A stretch of DNA of 64,000 bases, from assembly GCA_964444755.1 (NCBI GenBank), contig CAYUIF010000006.1, forward strand, positions 30,735 to 94,734, read 5' to 3'. This document shows positions 36,690-47,070 of the stretch, in pieces. Numbering within the stretch: the stretch's first letter is position 1; each line of letters opens with the position of its first letter. The stretch is from an uncultured Alphaproteobacteria bacterium. GTDB lineage: Bacteria > Electryoneota > RPQS01. The translations under genes and the position numbers were made by a program. The notes beneath the pieces are model-generated. The model saw only the letters and a program-made list of their open reading frames with translations. It searched no databases and was not told where the DNA came from.

Positions 36690-38030
36690 GTGCCGCTGGA
36701 TTTGACCAGCAAACGCGTCGCCATCCTGGGAATGGCGCGCAGCGGGATCGGCGCCGCAAAGCTTGTTCATCGGCTCGGCGGGCGAGCGTTGATCTCCGAC
36801 TTAAAATCCGCACCAACCCTCGCTTCTGCAATTGAGGAGCTGCAAAGCGAGGGCATCGAAGCGGAAACCGGCGGTCACCACCGCATTGCTAGCGAACGAT
36901 TTGATGTGATCGTTTTATCGCCGGGAGTGGTGCCGCCGCGGGAGTTGGAGCAGCGGTGGACAACCGAGGGCGTCCCGGTCTGGTCCGAATTGCAGTTGGC
37001 GGCATACGCTTGTGATGTTCCGTGGGTGGGCGTAACCGGATCGAACGGCAAGACAACCACCGTCCATCTCATTACCGGCATGCTGCGGCAGGCAGGAATG
37101 AGTGTGCAATTGGTCGGCAATGTGGGACAGGCATGGTCGAATTTCCTTCCCGCGAAGCCGGATCAAGTGTTTGTGGTTGAAGTGTCCAGTTTTCAGCTTG
37201 AACATTGTCCGGATTTGAGACCGCGGGTAGCAGTGCTGTTGAATCTCTTCGAGAATCACTTGGACCGTCATGGCGATATGGCCACCTATGCGGAGCTGAA
37301 GTCGCGTCTGGCGGCCCATCAGACGGCTACTGATTACGTGGTGCTGAAGGGCGATGACCAGTGGATCAGACGCATGGAACCGGTTTTTCGCGCGCGGAAG
37401 GTCTATTTCGGTCAAACGCCTGATTACGATTTTTGGTCTGCCGGAAACAGGCTCATGGGGCGAATTGCAGGCGCGGAAGTGGCAATCCTCTCGCGCAGTG
37501 AATTTCCGCTGGTGGGAAAGCACAACGAATTGAACGCATCCGCCGCAATCGCCGCCGCCAGTCGGTTCGGGGCTGATCTGCCGGCAATTCAAGCCGCCCT
37601 ACGGGCCGCCCAGCCGGTCGAACATCGCATTGAATTCATAACCGAACGCAACGGCGTTGCCTTCTACAATGATTCGAAGAGCACGAATATGGTAGCCACC
37701 ATGACAGCCCTCGATTCATTTAAGGACAGCGTGATTTTGCTGTTCGGCGGGCGACCCAAGAAGGAATCCTTCGCTCCGTTGGCAACACGTTTCGGCAATC
37801 CGATCAGGCATTTGATTGCGTTCGGTGAAGCTGTGCCTAAAATACAGGCGGAACTCCCTGACTCGCCCAACATTGAGACGGTTGCCGATATGCACACCGC
37901 GGTTGCCAAAGCCAAGATTATTGCCCGTTCGGGTGATACCGTTCTGTTGTCGCCGGGCTGCACATCATTCGATCAATTCAACAATTTCGAAGAGCGCGGA
38001 ACGGTGTATAAATCATTGGTTCTAAGCTAA
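36690..38030 (+). CDS. murD: UDP-N-acetylmuramoylalanine--D-glutamate ligase
   Basis: Rossmann-like N-domain and P-loop GVTGSNGKTTT. It immediately follows mraY. Confidence 0.9.
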   Translation: MPLDLTSKRVAILGMARSGIGAAKLVHRLGGRALISDLKSAPTLASAIEELQSEGIEAETGGHHRIASERFDVIVLSPGVVPPRELEQRWTTEGVPVWSELQLAAYACDVPWVGVTGSNGKTTTVHLITGMLRQAGMSVQLVGNVGQAWSNFLPAKPDQVFVVEVSSFQLEHCPDLRPRVAVLLNLFENHLDRHGDMATYAELKSRLAAHQTATDYVVLKGDDQWIRRMEPVFRARKVYFGQTPDYDFWSAGNRLMGRIAGAEVAILSRSEFPLVGKHNELNASAAIAAASRFGADLPAIQAALRAAQPVEHRIEFITERNGVAFYNDSKSTNMVATMTALDSFKDSVILLFGGRPKKESFAPLATRFGNPIRHLIAFGEAVPKIQAELPDSPNIETVADMHTAVAKAKIIARSGDTVLLSPGCTSFDQFNNFEERGTVYKSLVLS

Positions 38031-39211
38031 TGGATTTTGAATTCGTATCCGTCCCCCGCCCGACCGGTGAACTGCAAAAACGTGTTGGCTACGATGTCGT
38101 GCTGCTGATCGTAACCTTGGCACTATGTACAGCGGGAGGAATTTTCGTTCTCACTTCGTCCGCCGCTCACGCATGGGCATCCTTTAAGGGCAACACCTAC
38201 GCGATCTTCCAGAGCCATATGATCCGGTTAATGATTGGTTTGGTCCTTATGGTAATCCTATCGTTTATTGATTATCGCGTTTTTGCTCGGATCGCGCGCG
38301 GTGTTATTGTTCTGGCGTTGGCAACTCTCATAGCCGTACTGTTCATGCCGCAGCCGCATGGAGCCACCGCACATCGTTGGATTTATATTTATGGTTTCAG
38401 TTTTCAACCTGCGGAACTTGCTAAATTTGCGTTGATCAGTTATATCGCCATGCGATTCGCCGCCCATGACGACGATCCGTTCAGCAGTGATCGTCGGAAA
38501 ATCTTCACCGGTATTGCCATTCTGACGGTGATTATGCTCAGCCTGATTGTCTTCGAACCGAACCTTTCAATGGCGCTCATGATCTTTGCAACCGTCAGTT
38601 TAATGATGTTCATTTTCGGATTTCCGCTTAAACCGTTAGTACTGCTGGGGTCAGCATTAGCGATTCCGATGGGACTGGTGGCATGGTTCACACCCTATAT
38701 GCACGAGCGGCTGATCAGCTATGTCGATTCGCTGCTGCATCCGTTGAAAGCGGGATACAATGTTAAGCAATCGTTGGTAGGAATCGGTCACGGCGGAGTC
38801 TTCGGAATCGGCTTAGGCTCCTCGACGCAGAAGCATTTCTTCCTGCCGGAGCCTTACAAGGATTTCATCTACAGCATCGTCGGCGAAGAATTGGGATTCT
38901 GGGGCGCGACTCTATTGTTGCTGGCGTTTCTGCTACTGCTTACTCGCGCCTGGCGCATCAGCCGCAACGCTCCCGATCAATTCGGCTATTATCTCGGGAC
39001 AGGAATTACATTCGCATTGGCGCTGCCGTTCATTATCAACGTGGGAGTGACGTTAGGGGTACTCCCGGCAACCGGACAGCCATTGCCGTTTATTAGTTAC
39101 GGCGGCTCGGCGCTGATGATGAACCTGGGCGCAGTCGGAATTCTGCTGAATATTTCGAAGCAGGCGCATAAGAGCGAAGTGCAATACCTCAATCCTTCGG
39201 ATTTTAAATGA
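38030..39211 (+). CDS. ftsW: peptidoglycan glycosyltransferase FtsW (SEDS family)
   Basis: Polytopic membrane protein with SEDS-family conserved segments (PAELAKFALI, GHGGVFGIGLG, LPFISYGGSA). It lies between murD and murG. Confidence 0.85.
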   Translation: MDFEFVSVPRPTGELQKRVGYDVVLLIVTLALCTAGGIFVLTSSAAHAWASFKGNTYAIFQSHMIRLMIGLVLMVILSFIDYRVFARIARGVIVLALATLIAVLFMPQPHGATAHRWIYIYGFSFQPAELAKFALISYIAMRFAAHDDDPFSSDRRKIFTGIAILTVIMLSLIVFEPNLSMALMIFATVSLMMFIFGFPLKPLVLLGSALAIPMGLVAWFTPYMHERLISYVDSLLHPLKAGYNVKQSLVGIGHGGVFGIGLGSSTQKHFFLPEPYKDFIYSIVGEELGFWGATLLLLAFLLLLTRAWRISRNAPDQFGYYLGTGITFALALPFIINVGVTLGVLPATGQPLPFISYGGSALMMNLGAVGILLNISKQAHKSEVQYLNPSDFK

Positions 39212-40332
39212 GCGCCGCGCATCCTGAGTCGCTGCGTATCATTATTGCCGGGGGCGGAACGGGGGGGCATGTCTTTCCGGCAATAGCGATTCGGGAAGCC
39301 GTCGGGAATCTGCGGCCGGATGCCAGGATTGTGTTCGTCGGGACCCGGCGCGGTCTGGAATACTCCTTGCTGCCGCCGATGGGCGAACGACTGGTTACGT
39401 TATGGATTTCCGGTTTTTCGCGCCGTCATCTGTTGAAAAATCTTCTGTTGCCGTTGAAGCTTGTCAGCAGTTTCCTGCGGAGCCTGTGGTTATTGATTAC
39501 ATTTCGACCGCAAGTGGTGATCGGTACCGGCGGTTATGTAATGGGACCGGTCCTATGGCTGGCACAGCGACTGGGAATCCCGACGCTGCTTCAAGAACAG
39601 AATTCCCATCCCGGCTATACGACACGAAAACTGGCGAAACGGGCTGCGGTGGTGTGTGCGGGATTTGCCGATACTCATACCAGACTGCCGCGGACCCGAG
39701 TAGAATGTACCGGCAATCCATTGCGATCTTCATTTCAAACCATCGGTCGCGAACAGGCAATGGCGCACTGGGGCTTGGATCCATCGCGAAAAACGATTCT
39801 GATTTTCGGCGGATCGGCAGGCGCCCGAACGATTAACGAAGCCGTAGCGCAAGGTTTGGAGCAGCTAACCGGCCGCTACAACCTAATCTGGCAGACGGGA
39901 CGATTGGGAGTCCCGCAAGCGGTCAATCAATTTGTTTTAGCTGAGGCGCACCGCAGTAACCATATTGTCGTGCATCAGTTCATCCACGAAATGCCGCGTG
40001 CCTATGCGGCAGCGGACGTAGCGGTGTGCCGGGCGGGGGCGATGACACTGGCGGAATTGGCGGTTTCGGGAGTTCCGGCGATTCTGGTCCCCTACCCGTT
40101 CGCAACAGATGATCACCAAACCGCCAATGCCAACGCCTTCGTTCAAGCCGGTGCCGCGATTATGGTTCGAGACGCCGATTTGACGGGGAATAGTCTCGTA
40201 GATGCTATCCATCAAGTATTGCAGTCTGAAAATACTTTATCCGATATGCGGAATAAGATGAAATCGCAGGCGCATCCGGAAGCGGCGCAGCGGATCGCCG
40301 AAATCGCCCTGACTATCGCAGGTAAAGCATGA
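39208..40332 (+). CDS. murG: UDP-N-acetylglucosamine--N-acetylmuramyl-(pentapeptide) pyrophosphoryl-undecaprenol N-acetylglucosamine transferase
   Basis: GT28 N-terminal motif GGGTGGHVFPAIAI and C-terminal donor-binding region AGAMTLAELAVSGVPAILVPYP. It overlaps ftsW by 4 nt. Confidence 0.9.
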   Translation: MSAAHPESLRIIIAGGGTGGHVFPAIAIREAVGNLRPDARIVFVGTRRGLEYSLLPPMGERLVTLWISGFSRRHLLKNLLLPLKLVSSFLRSLWLLITFRPQVVIGTGGYVMGPVLWLAQRLGIPTLLQEQNSHPGYTTRKLAKRAAVVCAGFADTHTRLPRTRVECTGNPLRSSFQTIGREQAMAHWGLDPSRKTILIFGGSAGARTINEAVAQGLEQLTGRYNLIWQTGRLGVPQAVNQFVLAEAHRSNHIVVHQFIHEMPRAYAAADVAVCRAGAMTLAELAVSGVPAILVPYPFATDDHQTANANAFVQAGAAIMVRDADLTGNSLVDAIHQVLQSENTLSDMRNKMKSQAHPEAAQRIAEIALTIAGKA

Positions 40333-41726
40333 GCGGTCCCAAGCTATTTCGCCGTGTGCGGCACGTGCACATGATCGGTATCGGTGGCGCGGGCATGAGC
40401 GGAATTGCCGAAGTGCTGCTCAATCTCGGATTTCAAGTGAGCGGCAGCGATCTGCAGCAATCGGATGTGACGGAGCGATTGGTGCGATTGGGCGCACAAA
40501 TTTTTGAGGGTCATGCCGCGGAGCATCTGGCCAACGCCGATGTGGTCGTCTACTCATCAGCCGTAAAGCCCGAAAATCCCGAAATCCGCGCCGCCCGCGC
40601 GCGCAATATCCCGCAAATTCCGCGCAGCGAGATGCTGGCGGAGCTGATGCGGTTGAAAGTCGGTATTGCGGTATCGGGAACGCACGGAAAGACCACTACG
40701 ACTTCGATGATCGGCGCAATTTTACAGCACGCCGAATTGAATCCGACGCTGATCGTCGGTGGCATCGTGCGGTCGCTGCAGTCCGGGGTAAAAATGGGTT
40801 CCGGGGAATTACTCGTTGTCGAGGCTGATGAATTCGACCGTTCGTTCTTGAAATTAACTCCGACCTTGGCGGTAATTACCACCATCGAGCCGGAGCATTT
40901 GGATACCTACACGGATTTGGCGGGGGTGCAGGATGCATTTGTGGAATTCGCGAACCGGATTCCCTTCTACGGCAGCCTGATTGTATGCGCGGACGAACTG
41001 AATATCACGGCGATTCTGCCGCGCATTAAACGCCCCGCGATCAGCTACGGTTTCAGCGAGCGCGCCGACCTGCGGGCCGTGGAAATTCGGCATGACGGCA
41101 TTCATTCGCATTTTCGCATCCAAACCGCCGTCACCAAGCGTGACGAAATTACGCTGCAAGTGCCGGGACGCCACAATATTCTTAATGCATTGGCAGCGAT
41201 TGCCGTGGCGGACGAACTGGACGTACCGTTTGCAACCAGTTGCGAAGCGCTAAGAGATTTCACGGGTGTACACCGCCGCTTCGAAATCAAAGGCGAGTCG
41301 CAGGGCGTGGTCGTAGTGGATGATTATGCCCACCACCCCACCGAGGTTTATAACACGCTTCGCACGGCCCGTCAATGCTGGCCGGAACGCCGGATTGTGG
41401 CGCTGTTTCAACCACATCTGTTTACCCGAACCCGTGATTTCGCGGCGGAATTCGGTCAGGCGTTGGCGGAAGCCGATGTGGTTCTGATTGCGAATATTTA
41501 TCCGGCCCGCGAGAAACCGATTGCCGGGGTGACATCAAACCTGATCATTGACGCAATTCGCAAACAGAAAGATACGCAAGTTATCGGTGTCGGGCAGCCG
41601 GAATCGAGTGCAGATATTCGCAAATACACGAAATCCAATGATGCATTGATTGTGATGGGCGCGGGGACCGTTACGAGAATCGCCCGGGATTTCATCGAAG
41701 CGGATCATGGATCCGAACGTCCGTGA
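40329..41726 (+). CDS. murC: UDP-N-acetylmuramate--L-alanine ligase
   Basis: N-terminal Rossmann motif IGIGGAGMSGIA and Mur ligase P-loop GTHGKTTTTSM. Confidence 0.9.
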   Translation: MSGPKLFRRVRHVHMIGIGGAGMSGIAEVLLNLGFQVSGSDLQQSDVTERLVRLGAQIFEGHAAEHLANADVVVYSSAVKPENPEIRAARARNIPQIPRSEMLAELMRLKVGIAVSGTHGKTTTTSMIGAILQHAELNPTLIVGGIVRSLQSGVKMGSGELLVVEADEFDRSFLKLTPTLAVITTIEPEHLDTYTDLAGVQDAFVEFANRIPFYGSLIVCADELNITAILPRIKRPAISYGFSERADLRAVEIRHDGIHSHFRIQTAVTKRDEITLQVPGRHNILNALAAIAVADELDVPFATSCEALRDFTGVHRRFEIKGESQGVVVVDDYAHHPTEVYNTLRTARQCWPERRIVALFQPHLFTRTRDFAAEFGQALAEADVVLIANIYPAREKPIAGVTSNLIIDAIRKQKDTQVIGVGQPESSADIRKYTKSNDALIVMGAGTVTRIARDFIEADHGSERP

Positions 41727-42639
41727 CCATCTGCTGAAGCGGTTACTGTGCCCGGCGGCAGCGCAAGCGCCGCTTGCGCCGTTGACGAGCTTTCGCATCG
41801 GCGGTCCGGCGGCGATTCTGGCACAACCACGCAATCACCAAGAATTGATCGCGCTGCTACGGATTGTACATAGCGAATCGCTCTCGTGCTTCTATTTGGG
41901 ATTGGGTTCGAACATATTGGTTTCTGATGAAGGATTCGACGGGGTTGTCATTCGGGTACAGGGGGAATTGACAGCCATTCAAATGAAGGGTGACGTGATA
42001 CACGCCGGACCGGGCGTACGGTTACTGGATTTAACGGCTTTTGCCGCCGCCCGAGGTCTGTCGGGGATGGAACCGCTGTGCGGGATTCCGGGTTCGGTCG
42101 GCGGCGGTCTTTACATGAACGCGGGCGCTTACGGGGGAGAAATCGCGGATACGTTCCTTGATGCTGATGTGCTCGATGGCTCGGGTAGAATCGTGACACT
42201 CGCTAAGGATGAGATCGGTTTCGGATATCGGAGTGCACCAGCCTTCGAAAATGCTATCATTCTGGAAAGCCGATACAGACTTCAGACCGGTGACCGGCAA
42301 AACATTTATGGCGAGATGCGGCGCGTTTGGAAACTGCGCCGCGCCAAACAACCGTTGGAATTTCCGTCCGCCGGTTCGGTATTCAAGCGCCCGCCGGGAG
42401 ATTATGCAGGACGGCTCATTGAGGCAGTGGGTGCTAAAGGAATGCAAATCGGGGGAGCGCAGATCTCGCCTAAGCATGCCGGTTTTATCGTTAATGTCGG
42501 CGGCGCAACGGCAGCCGACGTCAGCCAATTGATTCGACAGGTTCGCAAGCAGATATACGACAGGTTCGGAATTCTACTCGAACCGGAGGTGAAAGCGGTT
42601 GGGTTCGCGGAAGACCCGTTCACGATCGAGAACCGATAA
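41707..42639 (+). CDS. murB: UDP-N-acetylenolpyruvoylglucosamine reductase
   Basis: FAD-binding PCMH domain (FRIGGPAAIL...GLGSNILVSDEGFDGVVI) and C-terminal MurB domain (GSVFKRP...AKGMQIGGAQISPKHAGFIVN). Confidence 0.85.
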   Translation: MDPNVRDHLLKRLLCPAAAQAPLAPLTSFRIGGPAAILAQPRNHQELIALLRIVHSESLSCFYLGLGSNILVSDEGFDGVVIRVQGELTAIQMKGDVIHAGPGVRLLDLTAFAAARGLSGMEPLCGIPGSVGGGLYMNAGAYGGEIADTFLDADVLDGSGRIVTLAKDEIGFGYRSAPAFENAIILESRYRLQTGDRQNIYGEMRRVWKLRRAKQPLEFPSAGSVFKRPPGDYAGRLIEAVGAKGMQIGGAQISPKHAGFIVNVGGATAADVSQLIRQVRKQIYDRFGILLEPEVKAVGFAEDPFTIENR

Positions 42640-43432
42640 ACGGCGGCACGTCCGGCGCACCCGGATTATCATTCTGGTTGTCATCGCTGCAGTCCTGCTT
42701 TGTACTCCGTTGTGGAGTACGGCAATGGCATCGCTGCTTTCGGAGTGGATGATCCAACGTAGCAGTCATTTTCGAGCGGAGCGCGTGACCGTAACCGGAA
42801 CTCATTGGGTGTCACCGGATTCCGTTCGCAGACTGGCGGATGTACCGCTCGGATTGCCGTTATATAGCCTCTCCACTCGCGATATCAAACAGCGTGTTGA
42901 ACGGCATTCGTGGGTTCAAAATGCGGTGATTTACCGACACGCTCCCAGTGAGGTGGAGATTTGCATTACCGAGCGCGAGCCGGTTGCCGCATTGCGGGGA
43001 CGGGAATTATTGATTGTGACCGCCGACGGCACGGCACTCCGGCCAATCTCCGAAACTTGGGTATGGAATCTTCCGCTGCTTTCGCCGCCCTATACATTGA
43101 CCTTATCGGCCGGATCGCAGATATCCGACAGCCTCACGCTGCTGATGCTGAACCAAATCCTCATCTTGCGCCGGCAGTCGCAGCCGGCATGGCGCAATCT
43201 GAATGAGTTCTATTTTCGCGGTAATCAACTGTTGGCATCGTTTTCCCAGCCGCCAGTGGAAATCATGTTGGGCGGCGGCGGTACCGAGTATACATGGTCA
43301 TATCTGCTGCAATTTTTGAATCGCGGGCCCCGCGATCAAATGGTCGAACATATTCTATTGGACACGCGAATTCCGGGAAAAATCATCGTTACCAAAGATC
43401 CCACGATATCCGAGGAGCAAGCTAAAGGATGA
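42599..43432 (+). CDS. ftsQ: cell division protein FtsQ (POTRA domain)
   Basis: Basic N-terminus, TM helix IIILVVIAAVLL, then a POTRA domain (RVTVTGTHWVSPDSVRRLADVPLGLPLYSLSTRDIKQRVERHSWVQNAVIYRHAPSEVEICITER). It sits between murB and ftsA, with no ddl in between. Confidence 0.75.
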   Translation: MGSRKTRSRSRTDKRRHVRRTRIIILVVIAAVLLCTPLWSTAMASLLSEWMIQRSSHFRAERVTVTGTHWVSPDSVRRLADVPLGLPLYSLSTRDIKQRVERHSWVQNAVIYRHAPSEVEICITEREPVAALRGRELLIVTADGTALRPISETWVWNLPLLSPPYTLTLSAGSQISDSLTLLMLNQILILRRQSQPAWRNLNEFYFRGNQLLASFSQPPVEIMLGGGGTEYTWSYLLQFLNRGPRDQMVEHILLDTRIPGKIIVTKDPTISEEQAKG

Positions 43433-44688
43433 AACGAGCACCCGTTCATAATGATCTGCTGTGCGGAATTGACATCGGAACAACGAAAATTGCAACAGTT
43501 ATCGCCGAACCGATCGGTCAAGACGATATTCGTTTGCTGGGTATCGGTTGCGTTCCGTCGCGGGGACTGCGGCGCGGCGTGGTCATCAACTTAGAGCAAA
43601 CCACTGAAGATATCGAATACTCGCTGCAGCAAGCCGAAGAAATGGCAGGATCGAGTGTGCACTCGGTATGTGTCGGCGTGGCGGGCGAGCATATCAAAAG
43701 TATTAACTCGCGGGGCGCGATTCCGATCAGCAAATCGCGGAGCGACCCTACCGGCGAAGTCACGCAGAGTGACGTAGATCGCGTGGTGGAAGCCGCTCGC
43801 GCCATTGCGTTGCCGATGGACCGTCGCATCCTGCATACCTTGCCGCAGGAATACGTGGTGGATTCCGAACGCGGAATTCGTGCTCCGGTGGGAATGGCCG
43901 GAGTGCGGCTGGAGGCGAATGTGCATATCGTGACCTGTGCGGTCTCTTCCGTCCAGAATATCCTTACGTGCTGCAAGCGGGCGGGATTGGGAATCGCCGA
44001 TATCGTGTTGGAGCCGTTGGCTTCCGAAGCCAGCGTGTTGACTTCCGATGAAAAAGAATTAGGTGTGGTGCTGCTGGATTTCGGCGGCGGCACCACAGAT
44101 ATCGCCGCGTTTCACAACGGGTTTATTCGTCACACCGCGATTGTTGCTTTCGGGGGGGATTATATCACGCGAGACATTGCCGTAGGTTTGCGAACTCCCG
44201 TTGAATCAGCGGAGAATATCAAGATCGAACATGGCGCAGCGCACCTCCGCGCGATCGGACAAAATGAATTTTTGGAGATTCCCGGAGTCGGCGGCCGCGA
44301 ACCGCGCGTCATGAGCCGTTCGATGCTGGTCTCGATTATCGCGCCGCGGGTGGAGGAAATTCTGACGATGGCCCGGGAAGAATTGATTCGTTCACGCACG
44401 CTGGAGCATATCAACGCGGGGGTTGTCATTACCGGCGGGGGTGCCTCTATGCCGGGCATGGCGGAAATCGCCGAAGAGATATTTGCCATGCCGGTACGCA
44501 TCGGTGCACCGCGAGATATCGTGCCCAATGACGAACTGGCATTGGGACCGAAATACTCGACGGCCGTCGGCTTGGCACGATATGCCGGTAGGCAAACGAT
44601 TAACCGCGCGAATGCGGACAGAGGACAGCGCGCCTGGGCGCAACAAACGACCAGTCGTGTCAAACAATGGTTACAAGGTGTATTTTAA
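43429..44688 (+). CDS. ftsA: cell division protein FtsA
   Basis: Actin-fold ATPase motifs: LCGIDIGTTKIATVIAE, VLLDFGGGTTDIAAF, VVITGGGASMPGMAEIAEEIF. Confidence 0.9.
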   Translation: MKRAPVHNDLLCGIDIGTTKIATVIAEPIGQDDIRLLGIGCVPSRGLRRGVVINLEQTTEDIEYSLQQAEEMAGSSVHSVCVGVAGEHIKSINSRGAIPISKSRSDPTGEVTQSDVDRVVEAARAIALPMDRRILHTLPQEYVVDSERGIRAPVGMAGVRLEANVHIVTCAVSSVQNILTCCKRAGLGIADIVLEPLASEASVLTSDEKELGVVLLDFGGGTTDIAAFHNGFIRHTAIVAFGGDYITRDIAVGLRTPVESAENIKIEHGAAHLRAIGQNEFLEIPGVGGREPRVMSRSMLVSIIAPRVEEILTMAREELIRSRTLEHINAGVVITGGGASMPGMAEIAEEIFAMPVRIGAPRDIVPNDELALGPKYSTAVGLARYAGRQTINRANADRGQRAWAQQTTSRVKQWLQGVF

Positions 44689-44709
44689 TATATCCGAGGA
44701 GCAGGAGAG

Positions 44710-45900
44710 ATGACTTCCATGAAATTTCGATTTGCGGAAGAGATTTTCGGCAATGCCAAGATGAAGGTTGTCGGAGTCGGCGGCGCCGGCGGCAATGCGT
44801 TGAATTGCATGATCGAATCGGGATTGACATCTGTTGACTTCATCGCAATCAACACGGATGCCCAGGCATTACAAAGCAACAATTCCACCAAGAAGATCCA
44901 AATCGGCCACGAAACGACACGGGGCTTGGGCGCCGGCGCGAATCCCGACGTGGGGCGGCAAGCCGTCAACGAGAATCGTGACGATATTCGTACCGCCTTG
45001 GACGGCGCCGATATGGTATTCGTCACGGCGGGCATGGGCGGCGGCACAGGCACCGGCGCAGCACCGATTGTCGCGCAAATCGCCAAAGAGTCCGGCGCGT
45101 TGACCGTAGGCATCGTCACTAAGCCGTTCGCCTTCGAAGGCCGCAAGCGCATGGCACAAGCCGAACGCGGATTGGCCGAACTCAAAGAACACGTGGACAC
45201 GCTGATCGTGATCCCCAATCAACGATTGATATCCATTGTGGAACGCGAAACCACGCTGATTGATTCGTTTAAAATGGCCGACAATGTTCTGTTACAGGCC
45301 ACCAAGGGCATTTCGGACTTGATTGCTATTCCCGGTATCGTGAATGTAGACTTTGCCGATGTCCGAACCGTTATGGCTCAGCGCGGCGACGCGCTGATGG
45401 GAGTCGGCGTCGGACGCGGGGAACATCGCGCTATGGAAGCCGCTCAGCAAGCGATCTCCTCGCCCCTGCTGGAAGAGGTTTCGATCCGCGGCGCACGGGC
45501 GATTCTCATCAATATCACGGGCGGTGACGATCTGACCTTGCACGACGTATCGGAAGCGACTTCGACGATTTACGAAGCCGCCGGTGAAGAAGCAGAAGTG
45601 ATCTTCGGCGCGGTGACCGATACCGAAGCGTCCGGCGAATTGCGCGTTACGGTGATCGCTACCGGATTCAATCAAGAAGAGGTAAAACAGGTCAGCCGGG
45701 TTACGACAACCACGAAAACGTACGAGCCGATGCGTCCGGCACCCGTGCTGGAACCGCGCGTCGTAGAACCAAAAGTTGTAAAGACCGCCGAGGCGAATAT
45801 CCAACCGCTCATGCGCGAGAATAACGGCCGCATGGAGCCGCTGGTGGTCGGTGAGGATACCTTTGAAGTGCCGACGTTTCTCCGCCGGCAAATGGATTAA
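44710..45900 (+). CDS. ftsZ: cell division GTPase FtsZ
   Basis: Tubulin signature [13 protein letters not shown], plus [13 protein letters not shown], a T7 loop region and a C-terminal conserved tail EVPTFLRRQ. Confidence 0.95.
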   Translation: MTSMKFRFAEEIFGNAKMKVVGVGGAGGNALNCMIESGLTSVDFIAINTDAQALQSNNSTKKIQIGHETTRGLGAGANPDVGRQAVNENRDDIRTALDGADMVFVTAGMGGGTGTGAAPIVAQIAKESGALTVGIVTKPFAFEGRKRMAQAERGLAELKEHVDTLIVIPNQRLISIVERETTLIDSFKMADNVLLQATKGISDLIAIPGIVNVDFADVRTVMAQRGDALMGVGVGRGEHRAMEAAQQAISSPLLEEVSIRGARAILINITGGDDLTLHDVSEATSTIYEAAGEEAEVIFGAVTDTEASGELRVTVIATGFNQEEVKQVSRVTTTTKTYEPMRPAPVLEPRVVEPKVVKTAEANIQPLMRENNGRMEPLVVGEDTFEVPTFLRRQMD

Positions 45901-45944
45901 CGGATTGCCGCAACCGTTCGCCGCAGTCCTTTAGGGAGTTTATC

Positions 45945-46994
45945 ATGAATCTCAAGCTATTGAAAGCGCTGGTGGAAAGCCACGCCGTGTCGGGTCGTGA
46001 GGAAGGCATCCGTGCGCTGATTCGCAAAGAAATGACTGCTGTCGGCTGTAAAGTCACTACGGATGCCATGGGCAATGTGATCGGTTTCCGCAAGGGTAAA
46101 GGCAAAGCCAAGGTCATGCTTGCTGGTCACATGGACGAAATCGGCTTCATCGTCAGTCACGTAGACAAAGAAGGTTTCATTCGCTTCCAGCCCTGCGGCG
46201 GATTCGACCCTCGCACACTGATGAGTCAGCGGGTCTTTGTGCATGCTTCTAAAAAGCGTTTGCTGGGTGTGATGGGAGCCAAACCGATCCATGTCCTGAC
46301 GGAAGACGAAATCAAGAAGCCATTGAAGGTCACGGATTACTTCGTTGATCTGGGTTTGCCCGGCAAGGAAGTCAACAAATTAGTGGAAATCGGCGATCCG
46401 ATTACGATGGCACGCGAGATGGATGAACTCGGCGATTGTATCACGGCGAAAGCGTTGGACAATCGCATCGGCGTCTGGCTGATGATTGAAGCGCTGCGGA
46501 AAGTCAAACGACACGATGTTGACGTGTACGCAGTGGCTACGACTCAGGAAGAGGTGGGTATTCGCGGGGCATTGGCAGCGGCGCGGGACGTGCATCCCGA
46601 TGTCGGATTGGCATTAGATGTTACCATCGCCTGCGACACACCGGGCGCCGATCAAAAGGATCATATTACCAAGCTCGGACAAGGTACGGCGATCAAGATC
46701 ATGGACGGAGCGTCCATTTCCAATCCGAAACTCGTTCAAGAGTTGCGGGCAATTGCCAAACGGAAGAAAATCAAATTCCAGATGGAGATTCTCCCGCGGG
46801 GCGGGACCGATGCCGGAGCGATCCGTCAGGTAACGGGACATTGCGCGGTCGGAGCTATCTCGGTGCCACTGCGCTATGTCCATTCAACCGTGGAGATGGT
46901 GCACAAAGACGATCTGGAAGCGTCCATCAACCTATTGGCGGCGTACCTTGAGACAGCCAAAGGTTCCGGCTACGTCTTAGGCGATACACTGTAG
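45945..46994 (+). CDS. M42 family metallopeptidase (glutamyl aminopeptidase/FrvX/CelM-like)
   Basis: 349 aa. Motifs HAVSGREE, GHMDEIGF, KALDNRIG, TTQEEVG, plus a C-terminal GG(T)D metal-binding region, are typical of M42 peptidases. Confidence 0.8.
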   Translation: MNLKLLKALVESHAVSGREEGIRALIRKEMTAVGCKVTTDAMGNVIGFRKGKGKAKVMLAGHMDEIGFIVSHVDKEGFIRFQPCGGFDPRTLMSQRVFVHASKKRLLGVMGAKPIHVLTEDEIKKPLKVTDYFVDLGLPGKEVNKLVEIGDPITMAREMDELGDCITAKALDNRIGVWLMIEALRKVKRHDVDVYAVATTQEEVGIRGALAAARDVHPDVGLALDVTIACDTPGADQKDHITKLGQGTAIKIMDGASISNPKLVQELRAIAKRKKIKFQMEILPRGGTDAGAIRQVTGHCAVGAISVPLRYVHSTVEMVHKDDLEASINLLAAYLETAKGSGYVLGDTL

Positions 46995-47013
46995 CGGGAT
47001 CCAATTAATAGTG

Positions 47014-47050
47014 AAAGCCCGGTTGAAGAACTCGACCGGGCTTTTCTTTT
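47014..47050. terminator. bidirectional Rho-independent terminator between convergent M42 peptidase gene and lipoprotein gene
   Basis: 10-bp stem AAAGCCCGGT / ACCGGGCTTT with an 11-nt loop, followed by TCTTTTA. An A-run on the upstream side serves the other strand. Confidence 0.75.
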
Positions 47051-47070
47051 ACCCCATTCGGCTGCTCGCT

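Noticed and set aside
36006-37592. Minus-strand ORFs of 122-225 aa (36006..36374, 36915..37592) and a plus-strand ORF 36314..36835 within mraY/murD.
   Set aside because: Arg/Gly-rich low-complexity translations with no motifs. The plus-strand mraY and murD frames are clearly genuine.
41707-43432. Checked whether a ddl gene might be hidden between murB and ftsQ, or whether the ftsQ N-terminal extension overlapping murB was a separate gene.
   Set aside because: The interval is fully accounted for by murB and a basic N-terminal extension of ftsQ. No ATP-grasp motifs were seen.
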